Shown here in pieces: positions 1 through 14,090 of a DNA stretch of 64,000 bases. Below the pieces are notes generated by a model, which was not told the origin of the DNA, made no database searches, and saw nothing but the letters and a program-made list of their open reading frames with translations. Source of the stretch: Octopus vulgaris (taxonomy: Eukaryota). Positions within the stretch are counted from its first letter, which is position 1; the number at the start of each line of letters is the position of its first letter. A program made the position numbers and the translations under genes. Location: assembly GCA_951406725.2 (NCBI GenBank), contig OX597822.1, positions 118,606,001-118,670,000 of the forward strand. The letters are read 5' to 3'.

Positions 1-7
1 AGCAACC

Positions 8-78
8 AAAAAAAACTAGCTATTTCTCTACCATATCTGGGAGATTTTCTTATGGTAGAGAAATAGCTAGTTTTTTTT
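8..78. repeat. Inverted repeat (28-bp arms, 15-nt spacer), probable MITE-derived hairpin
   Basis: aaaaaaaactagctatttctctaccata (8-35) is the reverse complement of tatggtagagaaatagctagtttttttt (51-78). Confidence 0.85.
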
Positions 79-127
79 TTTTTGCTGCTATTTCTAAATT
101 TCGGTATGTTGTGAAGCAAATTTTTTT

Positions 128-445
128 GCTGAATGGGAAATGATGCCCCACCTACCATATTCGCCCATTGTCCTATCTGACTAAAATTTATTCTGCAGTC
201 TTCAAAATCATTTGGACAGAAAAAATATGAATTCTGTAGATGAGGTCAGAACAGTACTGCAGGAGTATTTTATGTCACAGACAAGTGAATTTTGGACGAG
301 GGGCCTTGCAAGTCTACCAGAGAGATGGAAGAACATTGTAGAAAATGAAGGAGAGTATATTTTAGATTAAAAAAAAACTTTATCTTAATTTTGAAAAATG
401 AAAGAAGTATAAAAAAACTGCATTATTAATGGGATGACCCAATAT
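128..445 (+). mobile_element. Mariner transposon 3' fragment with right TIR
   Basis: Manual translation gives WEMMPHLPYSP...SD and FWTRGLASLPERWKNIVENEGEYILD*. Ends in ...atgggatgacccaa followed by TA, similar to the TIR of the 12860-14090 element. Confidence 0.85.
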
Positions 446-459
446 ATATATATGTGTAA

Positions 460-701
460 TGTGCCACAGAGGAGACCGCACTGGTTTGGTCATGTGATGT
501 GGATGGATGGGGGACTGTTGCATAAAGAAGTACCAATCACTTAAAGTGAAGAGAGGTTGTACAAGAGGGAGACCCAGGAAGACTTGTGACAAAGTACTGA
601 AGGCCAATCTCAAAACATTGAGTCTTACAAAGATGACAGGAAACCGAGATATGTGGTACATTGCTGTACTCAAGAAGACCTGCCCACCACAACAGAACTG
701 A
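460..701 (+). mobile_element. RTE-clade LINE, ORF C-terminal fragment
   Basis: WFGHV motif and RGRPRKT(W)..V..DL..L.L....(D)R..W C-terminus (ORF 507-701). Confidence 0.8.
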
Positions 702-715
702 GATCCGAAAATATA

Positions 716-770
<55 letters not shown>

Positions 771-773
<3 letters not shown>

Positions 774-1167
774 GTAAAATAGAAAGATGAATAATCTTGT
801 TGCAGCTTAATCAAAAGTTTAACCGATACCTTGGTAGCAAAAATCACGGCAGAAGAAAGCACGGTTGGAGATAAAACCTTTTGGTGTTGCAACCATGCGT
901 TGGTGCGGATAATTGAATTTTAGTATTATTAGTGAATTGAAGAAATGGAGTTGAACGAAGATTGAACAGAATTCCTTTTAATTCCTCTGTTCTGTTTTGT
1001 TCTGCCAACGGAATTCCTATTTTTTTCCTGAAGAGAAAGCCACAATATGGGATCCTTATTTAATCAGAATTTGGAAAATTGTGGCTTTTGAAACATGTGT
1101 AGAATGCAATAAAAGGAATTCTGTTCAATCTTCGTTCAACTCCATTTCTTCAATTCACTAATAATAC

Positions 1168-1169
<2 letters not shown>
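771..1169. mobile_element. Short Penelope-like pLTR fragment with partial inverted duplication, inserted in (TA)n
   Basis: 921-980 is the reverse complement of ~1110-1169. Flanked by (TA)n on both sides. Contains a hammerhead motif at 1028-1101. Confidence 0.7.
1010..1121 (+). ncRNA. Type I minimal hammerhead ribozyme motif
   Basis: CTGAAGA (1028-1034), stem II AAAGCCACAAT/ATTGTGGCTTT, then GAAAC-ATGT-GTA (palindromic stem III ACATGT, GUA site at 1099-1101). Stem I is imperfect. Confidence 0.8.
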
Positions 1170-1688
<519 letters not shown>

Positions 1689-2303
1689 ACGAGGTGTATG
1701 GGACGAGGTGGTGAAGCACGACCTTCGAACTTTAGGCCTCACTGAGGAAATGACCAGTGACCGAGACCTTTGGAAATATTCTGTACGTGAGAAGAACAGG
1801 CAGGACAAGTGAGCCCAGCCCACTTATGAATGCCTTTCCTCCCTTGGACACAAAGACCTGTTGAGGCAAGCGAAGTCGATATAGGACCTCATCCGACGAC
1901 AGACACCCATGCCAACCCCCCATGCTTGCGAAGACATGTTGGGGCAAGCGAAATCGAAACCGAATTGAACCAGCCAGGATCCCTGATCTGGTGGTACGTA
2001 AAAAGCACAATCCGACTCATGGCCGATGCCAGCGCCACCTTGACTGGATCCCGTGCCTTGGCACGTAAAATACACCAATCCGACTGTGGCCGTTGCCAGC
2101 CTCGCCTGGCACCTGTGCAGGTGGCACGTAAAAAGCACCCACTACACTCACGGAGTGGTTGGCATTAGGAAGGGCATCCAGTTGTAGAAACATTGCCAGA
2201 TTAGACTGGAGCCTGGTGCAGCCTTCTGGCTTCCCAGATCCCCGGTCGAACCGTCCAACCCATGCTAGCATGGAGAACGGACGTTAAACGATGATGATGA
2301 TGA
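1689..2303 (+). mobile_element. RTE LINE 3' end: ORF terminus, structured 3' UTR and (GAT)n tail
   Basis: [37 protein letters not shown], then a UTR with three ggcacgtaaaaagcac-type units, the ttaggaagggcatccag motif and ...ggacgttaaacgatgatgat. Confidence 0.85.
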
Positions 2304-2331
2304 TATATATATATATATGTGTGTGTGTATG

Positions 2332-2365
<34 letters not shown>

Positions 2366-2468
2366 CGTATATATATATATATATATGTGTGTGTGTGCGT
2401 ATGTATATATATATATATATATGAAAAAACAAGTCAAAAATAGAAAATGCTAAGATAATTTTATAGTG

Positions 2469-2521
2469 AATCTTTCAGTACCGGTTTCGGTCATTTTGAG
2501 ACCTTTTCAACTGTAACGATT
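2469..2521 (-). ncRNA. Minimal hammerhead ribozyme with U3/A8 variant core
   Basis: Minus strand reads aatcgttacag TTGAAAA GGTC-tcaaaat-GACC GAAAC-CG-GTA ctgaaagatt. Confidence 0.75.
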
Positions 2522-3228
2522 AAATAATTAAATTTAGAAAAATTAGAAGAAAAGTTTTTTTAAAAGAATATTTCTATAGTAGTGTTCAGATATAAGTAGC
2601 ATTCTGCCTTTCTCTGACTCCCTTGTTTGCACTTGTGTGTTCGAGGTCGTTTTGAGTTCTTGGTTGGGTAGGTGAAGAATAAGGAGGCTGATGTGGAGAG
2701 GGGGTGGGGAAATCTGGGAATGCCTTGATGGTCGTATTTTGAATGGTCAGTGGCTGACAGTAGTCACAGTTCAATTCAGGAATTGTTTATGGAATTTGCG
2801 TAGGCGTTATACTGAAAGACATTAGTGACAAGGTTAAGGGGTGGAAGGTGGAGAAGTAGAAGAAGAAGAAGAAGAAGAAGAAGAAGAAGAAGATGACGAT
2901 GAAGAAGAAGAAGAAGAAGAAGGAGAAGATGATGGTGATGATGGTGGTGATGATGATGACGATGATGATGATGATAATGATGATGATGAAGAAGAAGAAG
3001 AAGAAGAAAAAAACAGAGAAGGGAGAATATGAATGGGTGAAAGTATAGCTGTGATGGGGCTGATTAGTAATGGATTCTATGGAGTGTAATATTTGTGTGT
3101 GTATATATTTCTTTTATTCTAAAGTTGAGGTATATTAATTGTTTGTCGTAGACCCGTTAAGAAGTGGCTTGTATTTTGTAATAAAGAGATTTTCTTTACT
3201 TATTCGTTGTCTCGAGGTTGTATCGTCC

Positions 3229-5201
3229 CTAAATTGGTAGAGGGGGAAAATCCTGAAGTTTGGTGTTTTTTTTGTTGGCGCAAGTATCTATGTGTTGGCT
3301 AAAAGCTATTTTTCTGTTTTGGGGAATTTTTATCTGGGATCTGTGCAGGGCCATTCGTTTACGCAAACCATTTTTTGTTTGGCCTATGTACTGCTCTTGA
3401 CACCCGGAGCAGGTTAGTGAGTATATTAGGTTCTCCGAAGCACATGTGAAGTTGCTTTTCACTGTAAACCGTTGTCCCTGTTTGAAGGAGAACTCTGATC
3501 CCTCAATTAGATAGTCGCATATCCCGCAATTGGGTCTTCCACATTTTTTTACTGTCGGCTTCTGTGTTGAAGAGTGAATTCGGGCTTGTGTTAGGAGACT
3601 TTTCATGGATCTAGGCTGTCTTTTGCTTTTTATGATCGTGTGTGTTTGGAGGATTGTGTTCATTCTGTGGTCTTTTTTTAGGAGAGGTATGTTGTGGAGG
3701 ATGGTGCCAAAGGTTTCGTTATTGAGAGGGTTGTGTGTGGAGATGTATGGTAAGGCTTTTGGTTGTAAGTTTTTCTTTGATTTGGGATGTCTCAGTTCCT
3801 TGATGTTAAGTTGAAGGGCACGTTGAATGCACTTATCAATAAGTGAAGGTGGATAGTTCCTGGTGATAAGGGTATCTTTTAGTTCTTGTAGTCGTGTGTC
3901 TCTGGTGTTTGCGTTAGAGACTATAGTGCATATCCTTTTTGCTAGATTGAAGGGGATATTCATCCTGGTGTGTCTGGGGTGGCATGAATTGAATGGAAGA
4001 TATTGCTTAGAGTCTGTAGGCTTATAGTATATGTCTGTTTCTATTATATTATTAGCTTTCTTAATGAGGATATCGAGGAAGGGGAGTTGTTGCTGGCTAT
4101 ATTCCACCGTGAATTGGATGTTTACGTCCAGTCCGTTTAAAATTTCCTGGAATTCTATGAGTTTTTCTATATTTTTATGCCAAAGGATGAAACAGTCATC
4201 TAGATATCTCTTCCAGTTGTTTTCTATGTAGATGGAGAAAGGGCTGCCATATCTTTCTAGAACCTTACGATACAGACTGATCTCTAGGTATCCTATGACT
4301 AGGTTGGCAAAGGAGGGGGCCATTCGTGTACCCATCGCAGTCCCCGATTTTTGTCGGTAGAAGTTGTCATTGAAGGCGAAGAAGTTATTTTCCAGGATGA
4401 ATTTAACCCCTTCTATCACAAATTCTTTTTTGATGCGGTGTGGTAGTTCGTTGGCGTGATTCTCTAGCCAGAATTGGATTGCCTCTAGTCCTAGGTTGTG
4501 GGGGATATTGGAGTAGAGGTTGACTACATCGAAGGATACCAGTATGGTGTTTTTGTTTATAGTATTCGGTAGGTGATTGAGCATATCTAAGTCGTCCCTT
4601 ATATAGCTTTTGACATGTTTGAGGAGTGGTTTTAACAGGGTGTCTAAAAAGTTACTGAGGCGGTGGGTTTCGCATGCGGGACCTGCTATTATGGGTCTCA
4701 ATTTGAGGTCATTAGGATTAGGGACTTTAATTATTTTGTCTGTAGCTATCTTGCATGCGTTGCTTATTTTTTCACTTTTGTGGATCTTAGGTATACCGTA
4801 GAATTGGCTAGTTTTACTTGTGAAATTGGTCATATAATCATATTGTCGGTGAGCCCTGCTTTGTATGGGTTTAATATGGATTTTAGTTCCCTCATTATTT
4901 TTTGTTGACTGTAGTTTTGTGCCTTTTCATAGTATGTTGTGTCTTCCAGTATAGAAAGTACCAAAGTTATGTAAAATGTCGTATCCATTAAGACAACAGC
5001 ACTCCCTTTATCGGCCTCTTTGATTGTTATTGTTTTATCTTGTTTTAATTTGTTCAACTCAGCCCATTCTTTTTTGCTGAAGTTTGGCTTGTGTTTTTGT
5101 TTGTGCATATGTTGATATGGGTAATTAGATACGTGGTCACAGAAATCATCAAGTGTTTTGTTCTTATTACCCATATCAACATAATATACCCATATCAACA
5201 T
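3229..5201 (-). pseudogene. PLE reverse transcriptase-GIY-YIG endonuclease ORF (frameshift near 4830, N-terminus missing)
   Basis: Motifs IKEADKG, YGIPKIHK, LRPII, SFDVVNLYSNI, GTAMGT, RYLDD, FLD and YLPFNSCHP; Cys linker CGRPNCGIC; LIYSLTCSGCQEQYIGQT...RMALH. Confidence 0.95.
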
Positions 5202-5808
5202 TAATATACCTCAACTTTAGAATAAAAGAAATATATACACACACAAATATTACACTCCATAGAATCCATTACTAATCAGCCCCATCACAGCTATACTTTC
5301 ACCCATTCAGATTCTCCCTTCTCTGTTTTTTTCTTCTTCTTCTTCCTCTTCTTCTTCATCATCATCATTATCATCATCATCGTCGTCATCATCATCACCA
5401 CCATCATCACCATCATCTTCTCCTTCTCCTTCTTCTTCATCATCATCATCATCAACATCGTCATCTTCTTCTTCTTCTTCTTCTTCTCCACCTTCCACCC
5501 CTTAACCTTGTCACTAATGTCATTCAGTATAACAATTCCATAAACAATTCCTGAATTGAACTGTGACTACTGTCAGCCACTGACCATTCAAAATACGACC
5601 ATCAAGGCATTCCCAGATTTCCCCACCCCCTCTCCACATCAGCCTCCTTATTCTTCACCTACCCAACCAAGAACTCAAAACGACCTCGAACACACAAGTG
5701 CAAACAAGGGAGTCAGAGAAAGGCAGAATGCTACTTATATCTGAACACTACTATAGAAATATTCTTTTAAAAAAACTTTTCTTCTAATTTTTCTAAATTT
5801 AATTATTT

Positions 5809-5861
5809 AATCGTTACAGTTGAAAAGGTCTCAAAATGACCAAAACCGGTACTGAAAGATT
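5809..5861 (+). ncRNA. Second copy of the same hammerhead in the inverted pLTR, with G12 changed to A
   Basis: aatcgttacag TTGAAAA GGTC tcaaaat GACC AAAAC CG GTA ctgaaagatt; A at 5842 replaces the conserved G. Confidence 0.7.
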
Positions 5862-5940
5862 CACTATAAAATTATCTTAGCATTTTCTACTTTTGACTTG
5901 TTTTTTCATATATATCAACTCGTGTGTTCCTTTCCACCCT

Positions 5941-7043
<1,103 letters not shown>

Positions 7044-7483
7044 TATACACGCGTGTGTGCACACACATACACACAAATAAATTTCTGGTGAATCACAAAG
7101 ACATGGTAAATTACAGAACTCAGTAAATGAAGAATATTCTTTGTATTCATGCATACATTATGACTAAATGGCTCATAATTCCAGTTCCCTGATAGCCTTT
7201 TTGACACCTACTGCCTAAATCAAGATTTTCTCCATGGCAAATTACAGTTAAAATGTTCATTTTTTTACAGGTTTAATATTTCCCATACATATTTGAACTG
7301 ACCTAAATATCTAATTCACAATACAGCTTTCATGTACCGCCTACATATTTTGTTCAAGACTAACCTGTAGTATTTATGGGACGACCCAATATATACCTGT
7401 ACGTGTAAGTACCTTCCACTATAGCCCCAGGTCAACCAAAGCCTTATGAGTAGATTTTGGTAGACAGAATCTAAAAGATCTCA

Positions 7484-7544
<61 letters not shown>

Positions 7545-7549
<5 letters not shown>

Positions 7550-7920
7550 TTTTTTGCATAATGAGATAAAAAACCAAGGCTGTATAGATATTAGAGCATT
7601 TATAGATAGGTCTTACAGCTGTTTCTAGGATATTAATTAATAATATCCCTTCATCGGAGATGGCGTAAGAAGAAAAATTAAGTCATAGTTAGTTTCGATG
7701 TGATACAAATAGAGAGTGAGGTGGAGGAAAGAAAATAGATGCAAGATGTGTATGGTTATTGAATTCATAAATCCGTTTTATAGGCATAATGTTATATATG
7801 TGTAATATTCCAATATCCTTTGAGTAAAATCCAAAAGTCCAACAGAGTTTAATATGAGTCCATCCAGATGTAGAGTTTATAAGCAATGTAAGATTCACAT
7901 ATATAAATACATATTTGTTT
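7545..7920 (-). mobile_element. Orphan PLE pLTR / 3' fragment next to (TA)n
   Basis: Begins at a TA tract and carries a hammerhead motif ~70 nt from the end, the same layout as the 2421 and 51311 ends. Confidence 0.6.
7608..7662 (-). ncRNA. Hammerhead-like motif with CCGAUGA core
   Basis: Minus strand reads tct CCGATGA a GGGATATTA-ttaat-TAATATCCT a GAAAC-AGCT-GTA aga. Confidence 0.7.
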
Positions 7921-8569
7921 TCATGTTATAATAAAAACAGTTGAAATTAAACTGATGGATTTCTCAATATAATTGGTAGAGTACAATTTATCAATCTTTA
8001 ACAAGAATAGGATTGACAATGACTTCAAAATCTCACTCAGCTATGTGTATATGTTTGTTTTGTCCAAAACCACCACTTGATAACCAATGCTAGTTTTTTA
8101 TTTTTTTTTTTATTCAATTGACTAAAACCCTTCAAGAGGTGCCCCACCATGGCTGAGGTCCAATGATTGAAACAAGTAATAGAAGATATAGAGCAAAAAC
8201 TATGGCACAAATGTCAGGTCAGACGTGGAAGCATGCAACACTGCACCACATTGCTGCATTCACTATTTGTTGGTATTCCAGGGTTCTACCTGGCGACCCA
8301 TTGAGGAGAGTCCAAGTCAGCCCCCATCTCTGCGAGATACCTCCCCATCTACCATGACCATGTGGCATGTAGTCAACCCACATGAGTCCCTGCCAAAAGC
8401 TCCACATGCATTCAATAAGTACACAAAGCGCCAGGATCCTGTTAGTAGTTTACCTCTTTGGCATGAACCCTGACTGCTCTGACCACTGAGATGCAAGAGG
8501 ATTGTACACTCTAGTAAAGACCTTACCAGGTGCTGAGAAGAAGTGTAACAGTACTGTAATTGTTGTAGA

Positions 8570-9516
8570 CATGGATTGATATGCCCCAATAAGTCCAATC
8601 TATGTAAATTAAGTAAATTAATATTAGATAAATATATCCTTAAATTAAAGAATATGATAGCCCTAGAACTATGGTCCAACACCTACGAAGCTTTAAACTG
8701 CTTCTCCAAAATACAGAACAAGAAAAATTACAAGTTCCTACAAATAGACATAGAAGATGACAACTCTTCTATTAACCCTGCTATCCTTAAGAGTGCTCGT
8801 ATCTTCACCAAAAATCATACCCAACTAACAACGAAGGAAATTAATGTAATTTTAGAAGCGAGAAAATCAGTAATAACTTCGATATCACTATGGAAGCCCC
8901 AGACTGAGCACAGGTAACAGACTTAGCAGGTATGTATTTGTTATACCTACAGGAAGAATTCCCAGAAATAAAAGGTGGGCTTAGATAAGGAACGTAACTC
9001 TATAAATTATTTAGATGCCAACTGCAACCTAGCCATGGGATTCTATGAACCCTACATAAAACCTAATACAAACCACAAGTATATAAGCGCATCCAGTAAC
9101 CATCCCAACTTTATTAAAAGAGGATTAGTACATAGCAATAGCAAAAAAACTTCACACTTCCCTTCTAACCTAGATATCTTTAATAAGTATAAGGAATTCT
9201 ACAATAGCACATTAGAGAAAGCAGTTTATAAACAAAAAATGAAATACCTAAACTTAGAACATTATATAAATAACTGGAACAACATAAATTATCAACAAGA
9301 CAATTATCACAACACTAACCACACTCTAAATGAAAGTAACAACCACATTAACAATATGAACAACATAGATAAGATTAATACCAATAATATAAAAAAAACT
9401 GTAGAAATAAGGATAAAAACCCAAACTAAGATAACTAACAATATTAAAAACGATAACAAAACTAATACCAACAATATGAAAATTAATAAAATTAAGAATA
9501 CTAACACAACAACAAC

Positions 9517-9560
<44 letters not shown>
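8570..9560 (+). pseudogene. Degenerate Naiad-type PLE RT fragment with Asn-rich extension
   Basis: LICPNKSNLCKLSKLILD...LWSNT...FLQIDI; INYLD...YEPYIKPN...YISASSNHP...FYNSTLEKAVY. Homologous to the 51722-53509 protein. Confidence 0.8.
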
Positions 9561-9567
<7 letters not shown>

Positions 9568-9579
9568 TAGTCAACACAC

Positions 9580-10563
9580 CTATGAAAATGACCATGCATT
9601 CTTTTCTTTACCCACCTCTTTTCAATTTCTTGTTTTGTGCTTTATCTTTGCAATCTTTCATCCCACACAAGCCTGACCTTCTTACTTCCAATAATAGCAG
9701 TTCTGTGGCATTTTTTACATACCATGCTACGTTGTTTTCTTCTTTAAATGCTGTGTTCACATCCAATAAGTCCTCTTCCTCATCTTTTTCTTGGTACATA
9801 CAATCTGTCTTGCACTTACGCTTGCAACCCTTCTGCTTATGTGACAGGACTCCATTTTTTCCAGGTTTTTGTACATTGACTCTGCGACTATTCCAATCAA
9901 TAACTTGCATATAAGTGGCAAACAGGACATCGGCCTGTAATTGTCTACAGTATTGCTTTTTTTTTATGTTTTTCATGCACAGCACTGTCCTACCCAATGT
10001 CAACTAATCTGGTGTTGCTTGGTCGGCATTTAACAAGGTGTTGAGTTGTGCAGCTATTTGTGCATGACATTCACTAAATCTTTTGACCCGGCAGCCTTGA
10101 ACTCTATTTGGTCCACGGGCCTTCCAGTTGCTCATTTCCTTCACCTCCCTAACTGAAATGACTAGTGCTGCCTGTTTTGGACAGACCACTGTTTGTTTCC
10201 GTTCTTGCAACCATTCAGCATCCTTCTTGTGCTCCTTGTCTTTGCTCCAGATGTCATTCCAAAATCTTTAACTTTCAATGTTATCTGGTATCAGCTTTCA
10301 TCTGTACACTCTCCATTTATGTCTTTATAGAATCCCTTCTGATCTACTCTGAATAACCTATTCTGGTGGTAACCCTTCATTCTTTGGTCGTATCTTTCCA
10401 TCTTTGCTTTCTTTGCAATGAGGTGCTGTTTCAGTTGCTCCATTACCACTTTCAGGCCCTTTCTTTCAATATTATACTTCCTTTTCTGCACCCTGTGTTT
10501 TTGTTCACTTTTAAGCTCCCCTTTCTCTTTTTGGTCTAACACAGAGATTTCCTTCGAGAGCAT
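9580..10563 (-). mobile_element. R4/Dong-like (RLE) non-LTR element fragment, internally deleted
   Basis: QLKQHLIAKKAKMERY...QNRLFRVDQKGFY; NWKARGPNRVQG..VKRF; MTLGRTVLC; EENNVAWYV. Confidence 0.75.
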
Positions 10564-11235
10564 GTCTAATTACCAAACTATTTTACAAAACAATCACTCT
10601 TAATATTTTTAGATTATAGTTCTATTAAATATTAGAGTATAACTAGGTTAAAGATATTCTATAGTTTATTAATGTTTTTTATTAAGCGAAATTATATCTT
10701 CACAGATAAATACATTTTTCTATCTATTTCTTACCTTAAATATTTAACATAATAAATGTATTGTAAGAAACTGATCCTAATGTTTTAAGTTTCAAATTTA
10801 GTTAATGGAGTTTCTTCTATAAGAAAAATCATTATTTTATTTTTTTAGTAAATATTGTTTAACTCTATTTGCTTATTTATTTAACTATTATTGTTAACCT
10901 GAAGAGTGACTATAATTTTAAATTGAATTGATTTTCGATTAAATTTAAATTTAATTGTAATTCGAATTTAATTATAGCCATAAAATGTACATAGTTTTCT
11001 TTACTTATTATATATTGATTATTCATTTTTATACTTTTTGTGATCGAATTATGTTTTATAAAAATATATTTTATCTTTTATTTATGATTTGGTTTATGTC
11101 TATCATTGTTTGAATTCCACAACAGTGGTTTTTTTCTCTAATTTATATATTGTATATTTATATTGAAATTTGATTTAATACTAAACTGAATTTTTCCCTG
11201 TAAGTTTGGAGTTATATTCCCTAATATTATTATTA
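10564..11235 (+). mobile_element. PLE 3' pLTR region with decayed hammerhead (10895-10997)
   Basis: aac CTGAAGA GTGACTATAATT...AATTATAGCCAT aaaatgtacata gtt. Terminal tttttccctgtaa.tttgga...ttccctaatatt is also found inverted at ~36745-36800. Confidence 0.6.
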
Positions 11236-11244
11236 TATGTATGT

Positions 11245-11490
11245 ATAGAACCGGATCATCCTCACAATTTCGGCTGATTAATCTTGAGATCACTCCGATC
11301 CGGCCAGCCCCAAGGAAAAACTAAGATACGAGCATTAGATTTCTTGGAAAAAGGATCGAATGTATACGAAACGGACAGAAAAACGGACAATGCCACACGA
11401 ATATAAATACAAAAAACAATAATAGTAATAACAGGACAAAAACAGTGGGTGTCTTACGACTTTAGACAGTTCAACTTAGCTTAGCTGGCA
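11245..11490 (-). mobile_element. Dispersed repeat related to 59400-59700 (probable PLE-derived)
   Basis: ggccagccccaaggaaaaactaag..gagcattagatt..ttggaa is the reverse complement of ~59465-59512. Confidence 0.6.
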
Positions 11491-11833
11491 TGTATATACA
11501 TGTATGTTTATATATGTATATGTATATATATATACATATATACATACATATACATATATATACATACATATACATATATATACATACATATACATATATA
11601 TACATACATATACATATATATACATACATATATATACATATACACAGACATATATATACATACATATACATATATATACATACATATATATACATATACA
11701 CAGACATATATATACATATACACAGACATATATATACATACATATACATATATATACATACATATATATACATATACACAGACATATATATACATACATA
11801 TATATACATATACACACACATATATATGTATAT

Positions 11834-11866
<33 letters not shown>
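11490..11866. repeat. (TACA/TA/CA)n microsatellite/minisatellite
   Basis: Seen directly. Confidence 0.95.
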
Positions 11867-11867
<1 letters not shown>

Positions 11868-11879
11868 TTCTCCAGTGCT

Positions 11880-12190
11880 TACAACAACGACAGGGGTTCC
11901 TGTTGATCCAATCAACAGAACAGCTGCTCATGAAATTAACAGACAAGTGGTTGAACACTCCACAGACATGCATACTCTTAACATAGTTCTCAAGGAGACT
12001 CAGTATGACACAGGACATGACAAAGCCAGCCCTTTGAAATACAGGTACTACTCACTTTTGCCAGCCAAGTGGACTGCTGCCACATGAAATAAAGTGTCTT
12101 GCTCAAGGACACAACACATCGTCGGGAATTGAAATCACGTCCTTATGGTTGTGACTCAATTATCCTAATCACAATATCACGTTCCTTCAC
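11880..12190 (-). mobile_element. tRNA-derived SINE with CORE-like central motif
   Basis: gaaataaagtgtcttgctcaaggacacaac motif is shared with the 29085-29302, 54297-54639 and 57884-58245 copies. Confidence 0.75.
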
Positions 12191-12458
12191 ATATACATAT
12201 ATATATACACACACAAATACACATACACGCCGACACCTACACACACATATAATAAGGTAGAAATTCCAGGGTTTAGTGAAAAGTTTTTGCATAACAAACT
12301 ATTCTACAGAAACTTTTCATCAAACCCTGAAATTTCTACCTTCATAGGTAGGCTGTAACAACCTTGGTACTTACATGAATTTTTTGCTACCCTGGTAACT
12401 ATTTATTTATTTTTTAGTGTTATCTTTACACATTGAAAAAATACACATACATTTATAT

Positions 12459-12506
<48 letters not shown>

Positions 12507-12511
<5 letters not shown>

Positions 12512-12807
12512 CGTGACCGACCAGGCTATCAGATGTTGCTACACACCGCTGGTCACAATGCGCTTTGCATTGTTTTAGCCTTGAAATGACGCCATCCCGC
12601 TGGCTAAGCGAGCAGGCCAACAGAAGAAAGAGTGAGAGTAAGTTGTGGCGAAAGAGTACAGCAGGGATCGCCACCACCCACTGTCGGAGCCGCATGGAGC
12701 TTTAGGTGTTTTCACTCAATAAACACTCACAACGCCTGGTCTGGGAATTGAAACCGCGATCCTACAACCGCGAGTCCGCTGCCCTAACCACTGGGCCATT
12801 GCGCCTC

Positions 12808-12810
<3 letters not shown>
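12507..12810 (-). mobile_element. tRNA-derived SINE (ggcgcaatggcccagtggttagggcagcggactcgc head)
   Basis: tRNA-like A/B boxes. Homologous to the 25447, 26440, 27812 and 53577 copies. Confidence 0.85.
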
Positions 12811-12841
<31 letters not shown>

Positions 12842-12859
12842 TACATATATACACACACA

Positions 12860-14090
12860 TCAGGTCATCCCATAAGTTCTGTCTAAATTTTGAATAAAGA
12901 AAACAAGTGATCAAATGTTATATTTAATTGAAATTTAATCATCACTGTACTTTCCCTGATTATCTATGACTTCCTTCCATCTATTTTACAAGCTTTTTAA
13001 TCCCATCAATGTAAAACTCTTGCTTTCAAAGCAAAGAACTCTGAAATGTCAGTTTCGACCTCCTCCTTGCAAAAGTTATGTCCCCCAAATGATTCTGTAA
13101 ACTACAAAATAAATGTTAGTCTGAAGGAGTAAGGTTGGGAGAATAAAGTGGATGAGGAATTTTTTCCCAACCAAGCTCTTCCATCTTCTGTGGTGTGATC
13201 TTTGCTGTGTGGGGTCGTGCATTGTCCTGATGAAACATCACTCCTTTTCGATTCACTAAAGCGGGTCTTTTTTCCTTCAAAGCTTGGTTCAAACGCTCTA
13301 ATTGCTGACAGTAGACTTGAGCATTGATTGTTGCATTAGGTGGTAGCAATTCAAAGTGAATTATGCCTTTGCAATCCCACCAGATAGATAGAAGAACCTT
13401 TTTCCCATGAAGTTCCCTTCTCAGTTGTGGCTGAGTTTTTTCTCTTTTACCAAGACACCGTTTATGACATTTAACATTCCGTCACCAGTCACAAGTCTAT
13501 CCAAAATGGGTGAAATGAGTTCACAAGAATGGAGAGAAGAGCAGATGTCAACTCGGGATTTGCAGTTGCTTTCGGACAATTCATGAGGCACCCATTTTCC
13601 ATGTTTAGGAACCTTTCCAAGTTGTTGAAGATGACGATGAACAGTTGTATGATTTGAACTAAGCTTTATTGCCAATTATTCAGCTGATAATGCAGGATCT
13701 TCTTCAAGTAATGCCTCAAGGAGCTTATCATCAAACTTAACTGGACGTCCCATTCGATCTTCATCTTCAAGGCTGAAATCATCTTCTACAAGTTCTTTCA
13801 TTCAAGCATTCTTTCCCATAAACTGAGTGTATGTTTCGAGTTGCTTCGGCTGCAGAGTTTCCTTTCTTGTACTCATAAAGCATTATGCTGTTTGGATAAT
13901 TCCATGTTAGAAAGGGTTTTAAATCAAAGAAATTTTAATTCTATTATTCTGTAAAATAATATTTAATTAGTTTAAATGCACACAAATGCATAAAAATAAT
14001 TTTAAATTCCATTGGACATTCTAAAATACTATTAAATTTCATTCAATTTTAAAAAAGGTAAAATTGGACAGAACTTATGGGATGACCTGA
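12860..14090 (-). mobile_element. Full-length, decayed mariner (DD34D) transposon, ~1.23 kb
   Basis: 24-bp TIR tcaggtcatcccataagttctgtc at both ends, with TA on the right. Transposase (~12925-13905) shows WVPHEL, LVTGD, FHQDNARPH and YSPNLTPSD, with frameshifts. Confidence 0.95.

Larger units (their letters stand above)
2421..5909 (-). mobile_element. Penelope-like element (Neptune-type), 5'-truncated, with inverted pLTR copy
   Basis: RT plus GIY-YIG ORF on the minus strand. 5200-5909 is a near-identical reverse complement of 2421-3139. Both ends lie in (TA)n. Confidence 0.95.

Noticed and set aside
2841-3032. Acidic E/D ORF and its inverted twin at 5307-5498
   Set aside because: (GAA)/(GAT) microsatellite within the PLE pLTR.
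12760-12810. tRNA genes (also 53577, 54570, 57884)
   Set aside because: These are SINE heads followed by family bodies, with no complete cloverleaf.
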